Positions 32,002-42,015 are shown, counted from the stretch's first letter. The stretch is 64,000 nt of DNA from Candidatus Micrarchaeota archaeon (GCA_030648615.1 JAUSHJ010000045.1:25071-89070), one strand, 5' to 3'. The notes: generated by a model from the letters alone, not told the origin. Translations and numbers: made by a program.

Positions 32002-33381
32002 ATACATAACGAACATGCACCTCTAGCAGTTAGAGACAGTCACTTAATACCCTGGGCAGAAAATACATTAAACTTTGCAAGCGTGCCTGTACAATACGGC
32101 TACGGTTGTTTAGATGGACAAGTTAATGGACTAGTCTTAGATGAAGGTAAAGCATTTTTAGTAGCAGTAGATCTTGGTGCACACATTGCAAGACATATTT
32201 ACAATAGCTTAAGGTCTGTTGAATATAGGACAGTTGAACAGATCGGCACATTAGAAGAAGCAATAAAACTTGGGAGAAATTATGATTCTGATTATAAAAA
32301 TAGACTTGCAACAAGAACAGGAGAAATAGGTTTTAGAGAGTATTTTGATATTTATATAAGATTAATGTTTGAAAATATGAATCAGGGATTTGTCCATGGA
32401 AATTATGTGAGACCATTCTATGCCCCGTGTGATGAAAGAATAGATGGAGAACAGACTGATTTTCAGATAAACGGCAGAATATACAAAAAAACATTAACTA
32501 TTATGATGCTCCATTGGCCAGCACTATTAGTTCCAAGAGTTCCGACATTTGATGGCTTAAATGTTTTATTAACAACTAGTTCAGCGTCACCATACCCAGG
32601 TACAAGCTTAATAGAATACAAGGCAGAATCTTCCTATGCACCTACGAGAGGACCTGCAGTAGAAGAAAAAAACCAATTTAACGACAGATTTGGAAAAGAA
32701 CTAATAATTCATGAGGTTTTGATATTTGACCATAGCAGAAAATTTGCTAGGGAAGGAAGTGGATCTAATTTATTTTTATATGATCCGAGAAGCAGAACAT
32801 TTTACACTCCTTATTTGGATGGATCCATATTTCCTGGATTAACTAGAGATTTTGTAATGAGATTGATCAAAGGGGAATTTGGAGAAACGTTGAATTTGAA
32901 GGTGCAAGAATTAAATTTTGATGATAAATTTATAGGAGACGTTGCAAAACATGGGGGAGAACTTTTCCTTACAGGAAGTGCACTTGGAGTAGTATCTGCA
33001 AGAAGATTGATTGTGCGTAACGATAAAAAATCTGGAACTCTAACAGATTATGACATTATAGAATTTGAAAGACAACCTGAGTCCCCCGTATCACGAATTG
33101 GAGATTGCTATCGATGTTTTAGCAGTGGCAACGGAGCAGAAATCAAAACAAAAGAAGGAACCGTAAGAATGACTGAATTTTCTTCCTGGAGCGTAATGTT
33201 TGAGGTTCCAAAAGAATTAGCAACCAAAGCAAAAGAGGCATATACTTCTATAAATGGAACACGATTGGATTTGCCAACTGATCAGATTCTAAGAAGCGGA
33301 AAAGTTATTGCTATTACACCAAGAGAAAGAAGAGTAGTTACTAAAGGAGACTATGATAGAAGAAAAAAGGCAACGGTATAG
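32002..33381 (+). CDS. Divergent PLP fold-type IV aminotransferase (IlvE paralog)
   Basis: QYGYGCLDG, YKAESSY, REGSGSNLF, IFPGLTRDFV, LFLTGSA; homology extends upstream of GTG 32083, so start is inferred. Confidence 0.75.
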   Translation: MHNEHAPLAVRDSHLIPWAENTLNFASVPVQYGYGCLDGQVNGLVLDEGKAFLVAVDLGAHIARHIYNSLRSVEYRTVEQIGTLEEAIKLGRNYDSDYKNRLATRTGEIGFREYFDIYIRLMFENMNQGFVHGNYVRPFYAPCDERIDGEQTDFQINGRIYKKTLTIMMLHWPALLVPRVPTFDGLNVLLTTSSASPYPGTSLIEYKAESSYAPTRGPAVEEKNQFNDRFGKELIIHEVLIFDHSRKFAREGSGSNLFLYDPRSRTFYTPYLDGSIFPGLTRDFVMRLIKGEFGETLNLKVQELNFDDKFIGDVAKHGGELFLTGSALGVVSARRLIVRNDKKSGTLTDYDIIEFERQPESPVSRIGDCYRCFSSGNGAEIKTKEGTVRMTEFSSWSVMFEVPKELATKAKEAYTSINGTRLDLPTDQILRSGKVIAITPRERRVVTKGDYDRRKKATV

Positions 33382-33383
33382 TA

Positions 33384-35135
33384 CTAGCTAGAATAGTAAT
33401 AGTCCCCACTCGCCTTCTGTTCAGAATCCAATGAACTGCCAGGCTTATTGATACGTGGACGGTTGCTATCCTTATCTCGTCTCATCGTTATTCCTGCCAT
33501 CTTCAAAAACGCATTCATACCTTCTTTTTTAGAATATGGAGAAGACGCATGACCTTTCACTGAACTTTTTCCATCGAAAACTACTAATCGGTTAGCAACG
33601 GCATCCATGAAAACGATATCGTGGTCAACTACGAAAGCACTCTTGTCACTTTCATTTATTACTTTCCTCAGAAGAGAAGCAAACTCAAATCGTTGTTCCA
33701 CATCTAAAAATGCACTTGGTTCATCAAACAGATAGACATCAGCATCTCTGCTTACGGCCATAGATAGTGCAACTCTTTGTAGTTCTCCGCCACTTAATTC
33801 TGTTAACTTCTTTTCTAGCAAACTAGAAATTTTTAATTTTCTTTTACATTCTTCAAGAATTGCAATGTTTAATGATTGTGAAGCAAAAACTTCGTTTACT
33901 GTCACTTCTTCTGCATGAGCATATTGCGGCTTGTAAGATACTTTTAATTTTATTTTAGATTCGCCCTTATCTGGTTTCTCCACACCAGCCAGAATCTTAA
34001 CAAATAAGGATTTTCCTAGAGCATTCTTGCCTACAATACCAACTATTTCCCCTTTTCTCAGATCTCCAGAATCACTTGAAAATGAAAATGAATCAAACGT
34101 CTTCTTTATTCCTTCGTATTTTAGCATTGGAGAGCTTTTTATCTCCCCTTCACTGTGTTTAGTAAATTCTATTGCATGATTCCTAAACCTAACATTCTCC
34201 TCTTTTAGCATACCTTCAAGATACTCGTTTATACCTGCCCGAACGTTTTTTACTCCGGAAACTATGCCATAAACATTTTCATCACCGTAGAAAAGGTAAA
34301 CATAGTCACTAACGTAATCAAGCAGAGTGAGATCATGTTCTGCGATTACGACATTCTTTAAAAGAGAAAGATCTTTGATTACAATGCCGACGCGAAGACG
34401 TTCCTCTATATCTAAATAATTAGTGAATTCATCGAAATAATAGATATCTGCATCTTTCAAATATGTCACTGCCACTGCGATTTTCTGAAGCTCTCCCCCG
34501 CTTAATTGAGAAACATCTCTTTGAAGAATATCTTGTATTGCGAATAACTCTATTGCTTTATCAGTTTTTTCTTTTGATATTTTTTTCAATAAATCAATTA
34601 CCTTGCCCTTAAACACATCACGCAATTTGTCCACATGCTGAGGTTTATGACTAACTTTAATAGAGCTTTTAATATCTGAAAAATATCTTCTTTCTTCCAG
34701 AGATAAATTAGCAGTTATTTCTGATTCTTTTGGTTCATGATCTAGTATTGCAAAATTAGGTGAGAGTTGTTTGCTCAAAAGTTTTATTGCAGTTGTTTTT
34801 CCTATCCCATTTTTTCCTACCAATGAAACTGCACCACCTTTTGGCAGTGGCAAACCATAAAGTCTAAATGCATTAATGCCATATTGGTACATTGGGAATT
34901 GTTTTTTCTTTTCTTCTGCAAGATTAATTATAGAAATACAATCAACCGGGCATTTCTTTACACATAGTGAACAGCCAATGCAGACATCTTCGTAGATAAC
35001 TGGATAATTAGAATCTTTTTCTATGATTATGCATTCTTCGCCAATACGATTAGGAGGGCAGACATGTTGGCAAACATAGCCACATTTCTCCCTTATGCAA
35101 AGATCCCGATCTATTACTGCCACTCGTGTTACCAT
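33384..35135 (-). CDS. rli: ABCE1/RLI ribosome recycling ATPase
   Basis: N-terminal Fe-S cysteines, two LSGGELQ ABC domains, RPRINKPGS. Confidence 0.95.
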   Translation of the reverse strand: MVTRVAVIDRDLCIREKCGYVCQHVCPPNRIGEECIIIEKDSNYPVIYEDVCIGCSLCVKKCPVDCISIINLAEEKKKQFPMYQYGINAFRLYGLPLPKGGAVSLVGKNGIGKTTAIKLLSKQLSPNFAILDHEPKESEITANLSLEERRYFSDIKSSIKVSHKPQHVDKLRDVFKGKVIDLLKKISKEKTDKAIELFAIQDILQRDVSQLSGGELQKIAVAVTYLKDADIYYFDEFTNYLDIEERLRVGIVIKDLSLLKNVVIAEHDLTLLDYVSDYVYLFYGDENVYGIVSGVKNVRAGINEYLEGMLKEENVRFRNHAIEFTKHSEGEIKSSPMLKYEGIKKTFDSFSFSSDSGDLRKGEIVGIVGKNALGKSLFVKILAGVEKPDKGESKIKLKVSYKPQYAHAEEVTVNEVFASQSLNIAILEECKRKLKISSLLEKKLTELSGGELQRVALSMAVSRDADVYLFDEPSAFLDVEQRFEFASLLRKVINESDKSAFVVDHDIVFMDAVANRLVVFDGKSSVKGHASSPYSKKEGMNAFLKMAGITMRRDKDSNRPRINKPGSSLDSEQKASGDYYYSS

Positions 35136-35191
35136 AATTATCAGTAGAAGTAATGAAAGAAAGAAATTAAAAGAGAATTAGATTATGAAAT

Positions 35192-36646
35192 TTATGCGCT
35201 TCCTGAATTCCTTAAATCATAAAGATTCCGATAAATTAAGACATTCGCAACTACGCCAGGCTGGAAACCGTGAGTAATTGAGAGACTTTCGTCATTACCA
35301 TGATAATTATCAGCAGGGGAGTTAAACGCATTGAAAACTACAGGAACGCCCAAAAGAACTTGGTAATACATTGCTATAGGCTCAGTTCCACCACAACCCA
35401 TAAAATCAACTTTTGAAACATCGAAACCAACAGCCATGCCATCGGCAACTGCTTTGAAAGTTGCACTAGAAGTATCCTGCGCAAATGGATGAGCTAAAGA
35501 TTCAGCAACTATAGACAGCGCACTTTTTGAAAGGTTGGTGAATTCTGCTAATCTTCGATAAGCTTCTGCCTTGAACAATTTAAAGACAGCTTTAGGATCC
35601 TGATTTGCTACAAGTCTCATCGTCACGTATGCCTTAACATGGGTAGGTATGAGATTTGCAACTACTAATCCTTCATCAGTTCTGCTAAGCACAGTATGAC
35701 ATTCATAACTCGGTTGAGTCCATATTGTTTCCTGAGCGCTATGACCAGCTAGAGTTTGTATAACTCTTAAACCGTTATTGCGTCTAAAAAGAGCCATGTC
35801 GAAAGGCATTGCATTAAATGCTAAACGTTCAGAATCAGAAAGTATACGAACCGAATCATAAAATCCAGGAATATTAACCTTACCAGTTCGTAGATCCTTC
35901 ATGTCTAAGATTTTATTCAATGCCAATAGTGCATTAACCGTAAGATTTGTACCAGAATGCGGATCATTCGTCCCTAATTTCAGTTCAACATTTGCACCAA
36001 CAAGACCCCTGGCCATAGTAGTCACTACAGGAGAGCTCATTCTTCCAGGTTGAGAATCTGTAAGTATTACTAGATCACATTTCAAAAGTTGCTTATTAGC
36101 TCTAATGAAATTATCCATTTTAGGACTTCCGATTTCTTCTCCACCTTCTATTAAGAATTTAATATTAACTGGAACAGGAATTCCTAAATCTCGCATCATT
36201 TTTACTGCCATAAAATGTGTAAGTACTTGTCCCCAATCGTCGCTAGTACCTCTACCAAAAACTCGAATTTCGCCGCCTCGAGTTACCAGTTTTGGTTTGT
36301 GTGGCTTTGTTACATGCCACTGTTTAGCGGAAGAGGGTTGACCATCATAGTGTCCACCTACTAAAATAGTTGGAGCATTTGGAAGATCGGATTTTATTTC
36401 ACCGTAAACAGTAGGATGACATCCGGGATGATTTATTATCCTGGCATTTGGTACTCCTAAAGCTTTCATCGTATCTCTTACAATTTTTGCCGTTGACATC
36501 TGGTCATCCGGAGTCTTGTTTTTACTAACTGGAGAATCAGCGATAACTGGAAAAAGGAATTGAGTTACTGGTTTAACACCTAAACGTTCAACTGAACGTC
36601 TCACTTGACCAACATCAATAGTTCTTGCTTGTAAAATTGCTCCCAT
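35192..36646 (-). CDS. Divergent M20-family metallopeptidase (dipeptidase-like)
   Basis: GHYDGQP, GRGTSDD, EGGEEIGS, YHGNDE metal-ligand motifs. Confidence 0.85.
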   Translation of the reverse strand: MGAILQARTIDVGQVRRSVERLGVKPVTQFLFPVIADSPVSKNKTPDDQMSTAKIVRDTMKALGVPNARIINHPGCHPTVYGEIKSDLPNAPTILVGGHYDGQPSSAKQWHVTKPHKPKLVTRGGEIRVFGRGTSDDWGQVLTHFMAVKMMRDLGIPVPVNIKFLIEGGEEIGSPKMDNFIRANKQLLKCDLVILTDSQPGRMSSPVVTTMARGLVGANVELKLGTNDPHSGTNLTVNALLALNKILDMKDLRTGKVNIPGFYDSVRILSDSERLAFNAMPFDMALFRRNNGLRVIQTLAGHSAQETIWTQPSYECHTVLSRTDEGLVVANLIPTHVKAYVTMRLVANQDPKAVFKLFKAEAYRRLAEFTNLSKSALSIVAESLAHPFAQDTSSATFKAVADGMAVGFDVSKVDFMGCGGTEPIAMYYQVLLGVPVVFNAFNSPADNYHGNDESLSITHGFQPGVVANVLIYRNLYDLRNSGSA

Positions 36647-36727
36647 TTGGATACCCCCATAATTAGTTTACGTAGAATTAATTTTAGTACAACAATTTAA
36701 AAATTAGTGTCACATTGTTAGTAGTTC

Positions 36728-37618
36728 TTACTCTCCCAAAGAAGGTGGAATCGCTCCACTTTCCTTTTTCTTTCTAGGTCGATAGGATTTCTTTGGTGTT
36801 GCTACTTCAGACATTGGTTGATAAGATCTGGATTTATACGCACTGCCGCTTGAAGAATTGCCTGAAGAACCCTTTGAAGAATAAACATAGTATGCGATCG
36901 CACCTACAAGTACGACGAAACCAAGTCCTGCCAATAGTAAAAGAATCAGACCAGAATCTAATCCATTACTCGTTGGAATTATTGGAGATTCTGTGTTTTT
37001 AACAGGAGGAATGACTACACTAGTATTTGTTTCGTTCGTACTAACATTTTGTAACGGAACGATAACTTCAGTATTATTTTCCACAATAACTGGAGGTAAA
37101 TTAGTCGTATTATTAACAGTATTATTCTGAATAGTAACATTCACAATGATAGTTTCATTATTTTTAGGTGGTACTACCACCGGAGGCAATACAACAGGGC
37201 AAAGTGAAAATTGTAATTTAACAGTATCAGAAGGCCTATAGGCATCCTGAACAGCAATAATTTGATACGTGCCAGGCTTAATTAACAAAACAGATGTTTC
37301 TCCGATAATATTAGTAATATTATTTGCTACCTCACCAATATAGGGATCAACTAATAAAAGTCTCACGGCACCGCCAGTTACATAATTTCCATTTAAAGCA
37401 TCAGTAGTAATAATTTTAATATTCGCAGAACTATCGGAATTACATGTAACTGAATAGTTGATAGCCATATCTCTTCTTGGAGAGTTATTAGGATTATCTT
37501 GTTGGGTAGGCGCAGGATCAAATTTAAGTGAATTGCCATGTATCAAAGGCAATGCAACTGAAGCAAACAAAAACATTATCGATAAAACTACTGCCACGTC
37601 ATATTTTGATATTTTCAT
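36728..37618 (-). CDS. Hypothetical surface glycoprotein (signal peptide, beta domain, N-x-T-rich linker, C-terminal TM)
   Basis: Probable start MKISKY with GGTGA SD; many NxT sequons. Confidence 0.7.
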   Translation of the reverse strand: MKISKYDVAVVLSIMFLFASVALPLIHGNSLKFDPAPTQQDNPNNSPRRDMAINYSVTCNSDSSANIKIITTDALNGNYVTGGAVRLLLVDPYIGEVANNITNIIGETSVLLIKPGTYQIIAVQDAYRPSDTVKLQFSLCPVVLPPVVVPPKNNETIIVNVTIQNNTVNNTTNLPPVIVENNTEVIVPLQNVSTNETNTSVVIPPVKNTESPIIPTSNGLDSGLILLLLAGLGFVVLVGAIAYYVYSSKGSSGNSSSGSAYKSRSYQPMSEVATPKKSYRPRKKKESGAIPPSLGE

Positions 37619-37639
37619 CGAGAAATCACCGCGTGCATT

Positions 37640-37725
37640 TCCGATTGTTCGATGTTTCGAACAATGGACATATTGTTGCGTTGCGCAACAATCTTGTCGA
37701 GACATTTGTCCTGCATGGGACAAAT
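37640..37725. repeat. Tandem-hairpin element, copy 3
   Basis: TCC-g-ATTGTTCGA-tgtt-TCGAACAAT-GGA; CAT-ATTGTTGCG-ttg-CGCAACAAT; ATTTGTCC-tgcatg-GGACAAAT. Confidence 0.9.
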
Positions 37726-37854
37726 CGTAAAGTCGCCATTGAGTATTAAAGAAGCAATCTTTATAAAGTTTTAGAGAGCAAAAAATTACGTTAGAATGAT
37801 AAACTAGTTCAATTAATTCAGAAACTAAGGCGATTTACCAAGGGGGATGGAACA

Positions 37855-38154
37855 ATGGAAGAAACGACTACAGTACAGCCTAGAAAAGATGAAAATGTTA
37901 TTTATGTAGGAAAAAAACCTACTATGAGTTATGTATTAGCAACCATAACTCAATTCAATAATGGAGCTGAATCAGTAATACTCAAAGCTAGAGGCAAATT
38001 AATATCTACAGCTGTCGATACTGCGGAAATAGTAAGAAACAGATTTATGCCTAATTGTAAAATCGCAGACATAAAAATAAAAACTGAAGAACTTACTTCT
38101 GAAGATGGATCTCTAAACAAAGTATCTGCCATAGAGATAACTATTCAAAAATAA
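37855..38154 (+). CDS. albA: DNA/RNA-binding protein Alba
   Basis: [43 protein letters not shown]. Confidence 0.96.
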   Translation: MEETTTVQPRKDENVIYVGKKPTMSYVLATITQFNNGAESVILKARGKLISTAVDTAEIVRNRFMPNCKIADIKIKTEELTSEDGSLNKVSAIEITIQK

Positions 38155-38182
38155 TAATTAGTTTTTGAATAAGGGTGATTGA

Positions 38183-38794
38183 TTGGCTATAATGTTGGAT
38201 AAACAAGGTATTGCAATAGCAGTAATGATGGCAGTGGCCATTGTTTACTTTAGCAATGCGAATTACTTATTACTTATACTAGTTTTTTACGCTCTCGCCC
38301 TCATGGTTACTAAATACGAGTATAAAAGAAAAAAAGACCAGGGAATTTACGAACATGAAAGAAGTTGGGAAAATGTACTTTCAAACGGTCTCGTACCAAC
38401 CATGTTAGCTGTTGCCAGCCCATATATAGGAAGCGGTGCATTTATTGGAGCTGTATCTGCCATAACCGCTGATAAATTTGCTTCTGAACTAGGAGTTTTT
38501 GACAAAACGCCGCTCTCATTGGAAAATCTTAAACCTGTTAAACCGGGAACCAGCGGAGCAGTGAGCGTACTTGGATTTGTGGTTTCGTTGATGGGCGGTT
38601 GTTTTATAGGTGTAGCTACGATGTTTATCTTCAATAAAACTGCTAATGAAGCAATTATAATCGCAGTAATTGGATTAGCAGGTTCAGTTGTAGACAGCCT
38701 GTTCGGAGTGCTGGAAGAAAAAGGATTCGGAACTAAAGGTACGACAAATATGATTTGTTCGATAACTGGCGGACTACTTGGATATTTTAGGTGA
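38183..38794 (+). CDS. DUF92/TMEM19 family membrane protein
   Basis: RSWENVLSNG, ADKFASELG, PGTSGAVSVLG. Confidence 0.9.
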   Translation: MAIMLDKQGIAIAVMMAVAIVYFSNANYLLLILVFYALALMVTKYEYKRKKDQGIYEHERSWENVLSNGLVPTMLAVASPYIGSGAFIGAVSAITADKFASELGVFDKTPLSLENLKPVKPGTSGAVSVLGFVVSLMGGCFIGVATMFIFNKTANEAIIIAVIGLAGSVVDSLFGVLEEKGFGTKGTTNMICSITGGLLGYFR

Positions 38795-38801
38795 TTTCTC
38801 G

Positions 38802-39491
38802 ATGAAAACATTTGTATTATGCGGCGGACTTGGAACAAGACTTAGACCACTTACACTAAAAACGCCAAAGCCAATGCTTTTAGTTGGTGGAAAACCAATA
38901 TTATTTTATGTTATAGATAATTTGAGAAAAAATGGATTTGTTGATATAGTTCTTACTGTAGGGTATTTGAATGAACAGATGAAAGATTACTTCGGTGATG
39001 GTAAAAAATTTGGTGTAAAGATAGAATACCTCATTGAGAAAGAAAGACTGAATACTGCTGGATCAATTTTACCATTTAACGGTAAGCTCAAAGAAACATT
39101 TGCAGTGGTTATGGGAGATCATCTCACTAATGTAAACATGAAAAAAATGCTTGAATTTCACAAAAAAAGTGGTGCAATAGTCACCATCGCACTTCAAACA
39201 CAAAAACTAAAAATAGATTATGGTGTTGTAGATATTGACAACGACAAAGTCGCAGCATTCAGAGAGAAACCTGTTTTGGAACATCTGATAAATACTGGGA
39301 TGTATATCTGCGAACCTCAAATATTTGATTACATAAAAGAAAAAGAGGATTTTGCACATGATGTTTTCCCAAGATTGTTGAAACAAGGCAAAAAGATAGC
39401 TGCTTATCACCTGCCGGATGAATGGTTTGATATTGGACGGCTCAGTGATTATGAAAATGCCGGGGAATTGCTGAAGAGGCTGAATTTATAA
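38802..39491 (+). CDS. Sugar-phosphate nucleotidyltransferase
   Basis: LCGGLGTRLRPLT..PKPM, EKP, INTGMY, WFDIG. Confidence 0.92.
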   Translation: MKTFVLCGGLGTRLRPLTLKTPKPMLLVGGKPILFYVIDNLRKNGFVDIVLTVGYLNEQMKDYFGDGKKFGVKIEYLIEKERLNTAGSILPFNGKLKETFAVVMGDHLTNVNMKKMLEFHKKSGAIVTIALQTQKLKIDYGVVDIDNDKVAAFREKPVLEHLINTGMYICEPQIFDYIKEKEDFAHDVFPRLLKQGKKIAAYHLPDEWFDIGRLSDYENAGELLKRLNL

Positions 39492-39514
39492 ATAGTTATT
39501 AATAGTAAAAACAT

Positions 39515-40087
39515 ATGCGACTGCAATTTAGTCCAAAACAAATGTTTTCTAATTCCTTAAGGACAGTCAGAAATGGCTATTACCTGATTGATGATGTAAC
39601 ACATGCAACGATCCATAAAGTAGGAGATGACGTTGAAAAAGCAAGTAGTAAAGCAACCAAAGGATTGTTCGTTTTGCATAAAGAAAGAGTTGCAAGATTT
39701 ATGACCAGGATAAGTCCGCTCGCTACCGTAGCCACAATGATGAGTAAAAATATGCTAAATATATTACTTCCGGTAGCAATAGCCATGGCATTTGACACGG
39801 TGATTTTTTCAAAAGTAATTAGGTCTTCATCAGAACATGCAAAACGAAATGATGGTACCGAAAGCAGAGCAAATTATTTCCTGACCCTGGCAAGACTACC
39901 TTTTCTTGGTTTGGGGACAATTGCGCTATTGCTCGGAATACGAGAACACGATGCAATTAACTTTGGGATTTCAATATATATGACAGCACATGGGATTGCA
40001 TTTTACCTTGCCAGCTCTTCAAATGGAATGCTTAACAAGGCAAGAGAGTGGCTCATGACGTCTTCGGTAAAACCAACAACCAGTTAG
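39515..40087 (+). CDS. Orphan membrane protein
   Basis: 190 aa ORF with several hydrophobic segments. Confidence 0.6.
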   Translation: MRLQFSPKQMFSNSLRTVRNGYYLIDDVTHATIHKVGDDVEKASSKATKGLFVLHKERVARFMTRISPLATVATMMSKNMLNILLPVAIAMAFDTVIFSKVIRSSSEHAKRNDGTESRANYFLTLARLPFLGLGTIALLLGIREHDAINFGISIYMTAHGIAFYLASSSNGMLNKAREWLMTSSVKPTTS

Positions 40088-40117
40088 ATTTATAAGAGAT
40101 AGATTGTTTTACTAATT

Positions 40118-41179
40118 ATGGAAATTTCTCAGGAAATGTTGGCTAGAGCAAAAAATAAAGGCAAGCTAATTCTTCATGATGAAGAGATAAAATACTCCAG
40201 ATTTCGGGAAGGTTCTGGTAAAATACCACGAGGAACAGTTTTGATTGGTGAAAGAATAATCTTTGGTTTTCCACACATTAAACGAATTTTCACGTTACAA
40301 AAAGGACTAGAAAAAAATATAACTGAGGACGAGTTTTACATAGAAGAGAAAATAGATGGATTCAATGTACGTGCTATATTGATTGATGGAAAGATTTTTG
40401 CATTTAGTAGAGGTGGATTCGTTGATCCTTTTGTAACTGAAAAAGTGAGAGAGATACAACTAGAAAAGTTTTTCTCTGATTATCCTAATTCCGTACTTTG
40501 TGGAGAGATGATTGGTAGAACACCTTATACCCGAAATGATTTTGAGCCTAAACTGCTTGTGTTCGACATTATGAATGCCGATGGAGAGTACGTGGAAGTT
40601 GAAAAAAAGTACGAAATACTAAAAAATTATAAAATTGATAGCGTCCCTACTTTTGGAAGATTTACTATAAAAAATATGGAAAAAATAAAACAAGTTGCAT
40701 TGAAACTCATGAAAGAAAAGAAAGAAGGCATGGTAATCAAAAGCAGAATTAGCAACCGCTGTAAATATGTGAATCCGTTTGCTGACATCCATGACATTAT
40801 TGGTAATGCAAGAATTATGTTCGACATGCCTTCTGGCTTTTTCATCCAGCGCGTTTTACGTTCAGCGATGTTTATTAGAGATTTCAAACTGGATGAAAAC
40901 AAGTACGCAAAAGAACTTGGCAGTGCATTTTATGGGAAACTTATTGAAACGCTAAAAGAAGTAGAAAAAGGAAAACTTATTGCAGAAGAATTTGAGATTT
41001 CCATAAAAGATGTTTCTATCTGGAACAAAATAGTAAAGCACATGGGAAAAGAGATAAAACTTGAGAAGATTTCGGAAAAGAAAGAGAATGGAAAATTAAG
41101 AATAAAATTTAGAAAAATATACAAGAGAACAAATCAGAAATTCCGGGAATTTTTATCCGGAAAGGGAATTGAGGATTAA
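40118..41179 (+). CDS. rnl: ATP-dependent RNA ligase, Rnl3/Pab1020 family
   Basis: GFPHIKR, motif I EEKIDGFNVR, FSRGGF, LCGEM, EGMVIK, KYV. Confidence 0.9.
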   Translation: MEISQEMLARAKNKGKLILHDEEIKYSRFREGSGKIPRGTVLIGERIIFGFPHIKRIFTLQKGLEKNITEDEFYIEEKIDGFNVRAILIDGKIFAFSRGGFVDPFVTEKVREIQLEKFFSDYPNSVLCGEMIGRTPYTRNDFEPKLLVFDIMNADGEYVEVEKKYEILKNYKIDSVPTFGRFTIKNMEKIKQVALKLMKEKKEGMVIKSRISNRCKYVNPFADIHDIIGNARIMFDMPSGFFIQRVLRSAMFIRDFKLDENKYAKELGSAFYGKLIETLKEVEKGKLIAEEFEISIKDVSIWNKIVKHMGKEIKLEKISEKKENGKLRIKFRKIYKRTNQKFREFLSGKGIED

Positions 41180-41193
41180 CTTTGCAGACCACT

Positions 41194-41315
41194 CCCAATT
41201 GTTCGATGTTTCGAACAACACGATTGTCCGGCGTACCGGACAATGTGCGCATTGTCGCGCTCGACAATTGCGTGGGCATATTGTTGCGTAGCGCAACAAT
41301 AATGTCGTGGCGGCA
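41194..41315. repeat. Tandem-hairpin element, copy 4 (with nested 54-bp hairpin pair)
   Basis: TTGTTCGA-tgtt-TCGAACAA; ATTGTCCGG-cgta-CCGGACAAT; ATTGTCG-cgct-CGACAAT; ATTGTTGCG-tag-CGCAACAAT. Confidence 0.92.
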
Positions 41316-41321
41316 GATCAA

Positions 41322-41855
41322 TTATATCGATAATTTTACGTAATCAATCAAATCATAACGCATACTTAATCCACTTTTTCTTTTCTTGGCCAAGTTCTGT
41401 ACGAAGCCGAGTTTCATATAGAAATCTATTGCTTTTTCGTATGCGTCAACAGTTACAAACCTACAACCAATTTCCTTAAGGATAGAAGATGCAATTTTAC
41501 CCATAGCTACCTTAACTAAAAATGTACCTATGCCAAGCTTTGCAAAATTTTTATGAACTGCCAACCTGCCTATCTTAACAGCTGGATATTCCCCCAACCT
41601 TTGTTTTGGTTCAGACATTGCTTCTTTTTCTCCTAAATCTAAACGGATGGAATCTGAAGAAAGACTAAAATAACCAACAATTTGGTTTTTGTGCAAACAT
41701 AAATAGGTAATTGCTAAAGCACCATTTTGATAAAGTAAAGCATCATCTTTAAGAAAAGAATTAAGATCTGAGTCACCACAATCAAAAGCAAGTAGATCGA
41801 AACCCGCTGAAAGTTTTACGATATCCAATTTATTAAAATCTATAATGTCTTGCAT
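41322..41855 (-). CDS. GNAT-family acetyltransferase, probable toxin
   Basis: FDCGDSDLNSFL, YPAVKIGRLAV, GIGTFL, GCRFVTVDAY, FYMKLGF. Confidence 0.88.
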   Translation of the reverse strand: MQDIIDFNKLDIVKLSAGFDLLAFDCGDSDLNSFLKDDALLYQNGALAITYLCLHKNQIVGYFSLSSDSIRLDLGEKEAMSEPKQRLGEYPAVKIGRLAVHKNFAKLGIGTFLVKVAMGKIASSILKEIGCRFVTVDAYEKAIDFYMKLGFVQNLAKKRKSGLSMRYDLIDYVKLSI

Positions 41856-41862
41856 TAAACCA

Positions 41863-42015
41863 CTAAAATGGTTTTTTTATATATAATTCGATACATTCTT
41901 TGATAAACTGAGCCTTCTTAAAACTAGGGTTAACCTCTGCATTTTCAGTTTCTTCATAGAACCTTTTTGCATCCTCTCCTTTTAGGATAGGAGTAGACTC
42001 GATTGGTTTTGCCAT
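41863..42015 (-). CDS. 50-aa putative antitoxin of the GNAT toxin
   Basis: Manual translation MAKPIESTPILKGEDAKRFYEETENAEVNPSFKKAQFIKECIELYIKKPF directly upstream of GNAT. Confidence 0.75.
   Translation of the reverse strand: MAKPIESTPILKGEDAKRFYEETENAEVNPSFKKAQFIKECIELYIKKPF

Noticed and set aside
41194-41315. Multi-stem regions as tRNAs or integron attC sites
   Set aside because: No cloverleaf with acceptor stem and properly placed T-loop; end polarity and size do not match RYYYAAC...GTTRRRY attC; no integrase.
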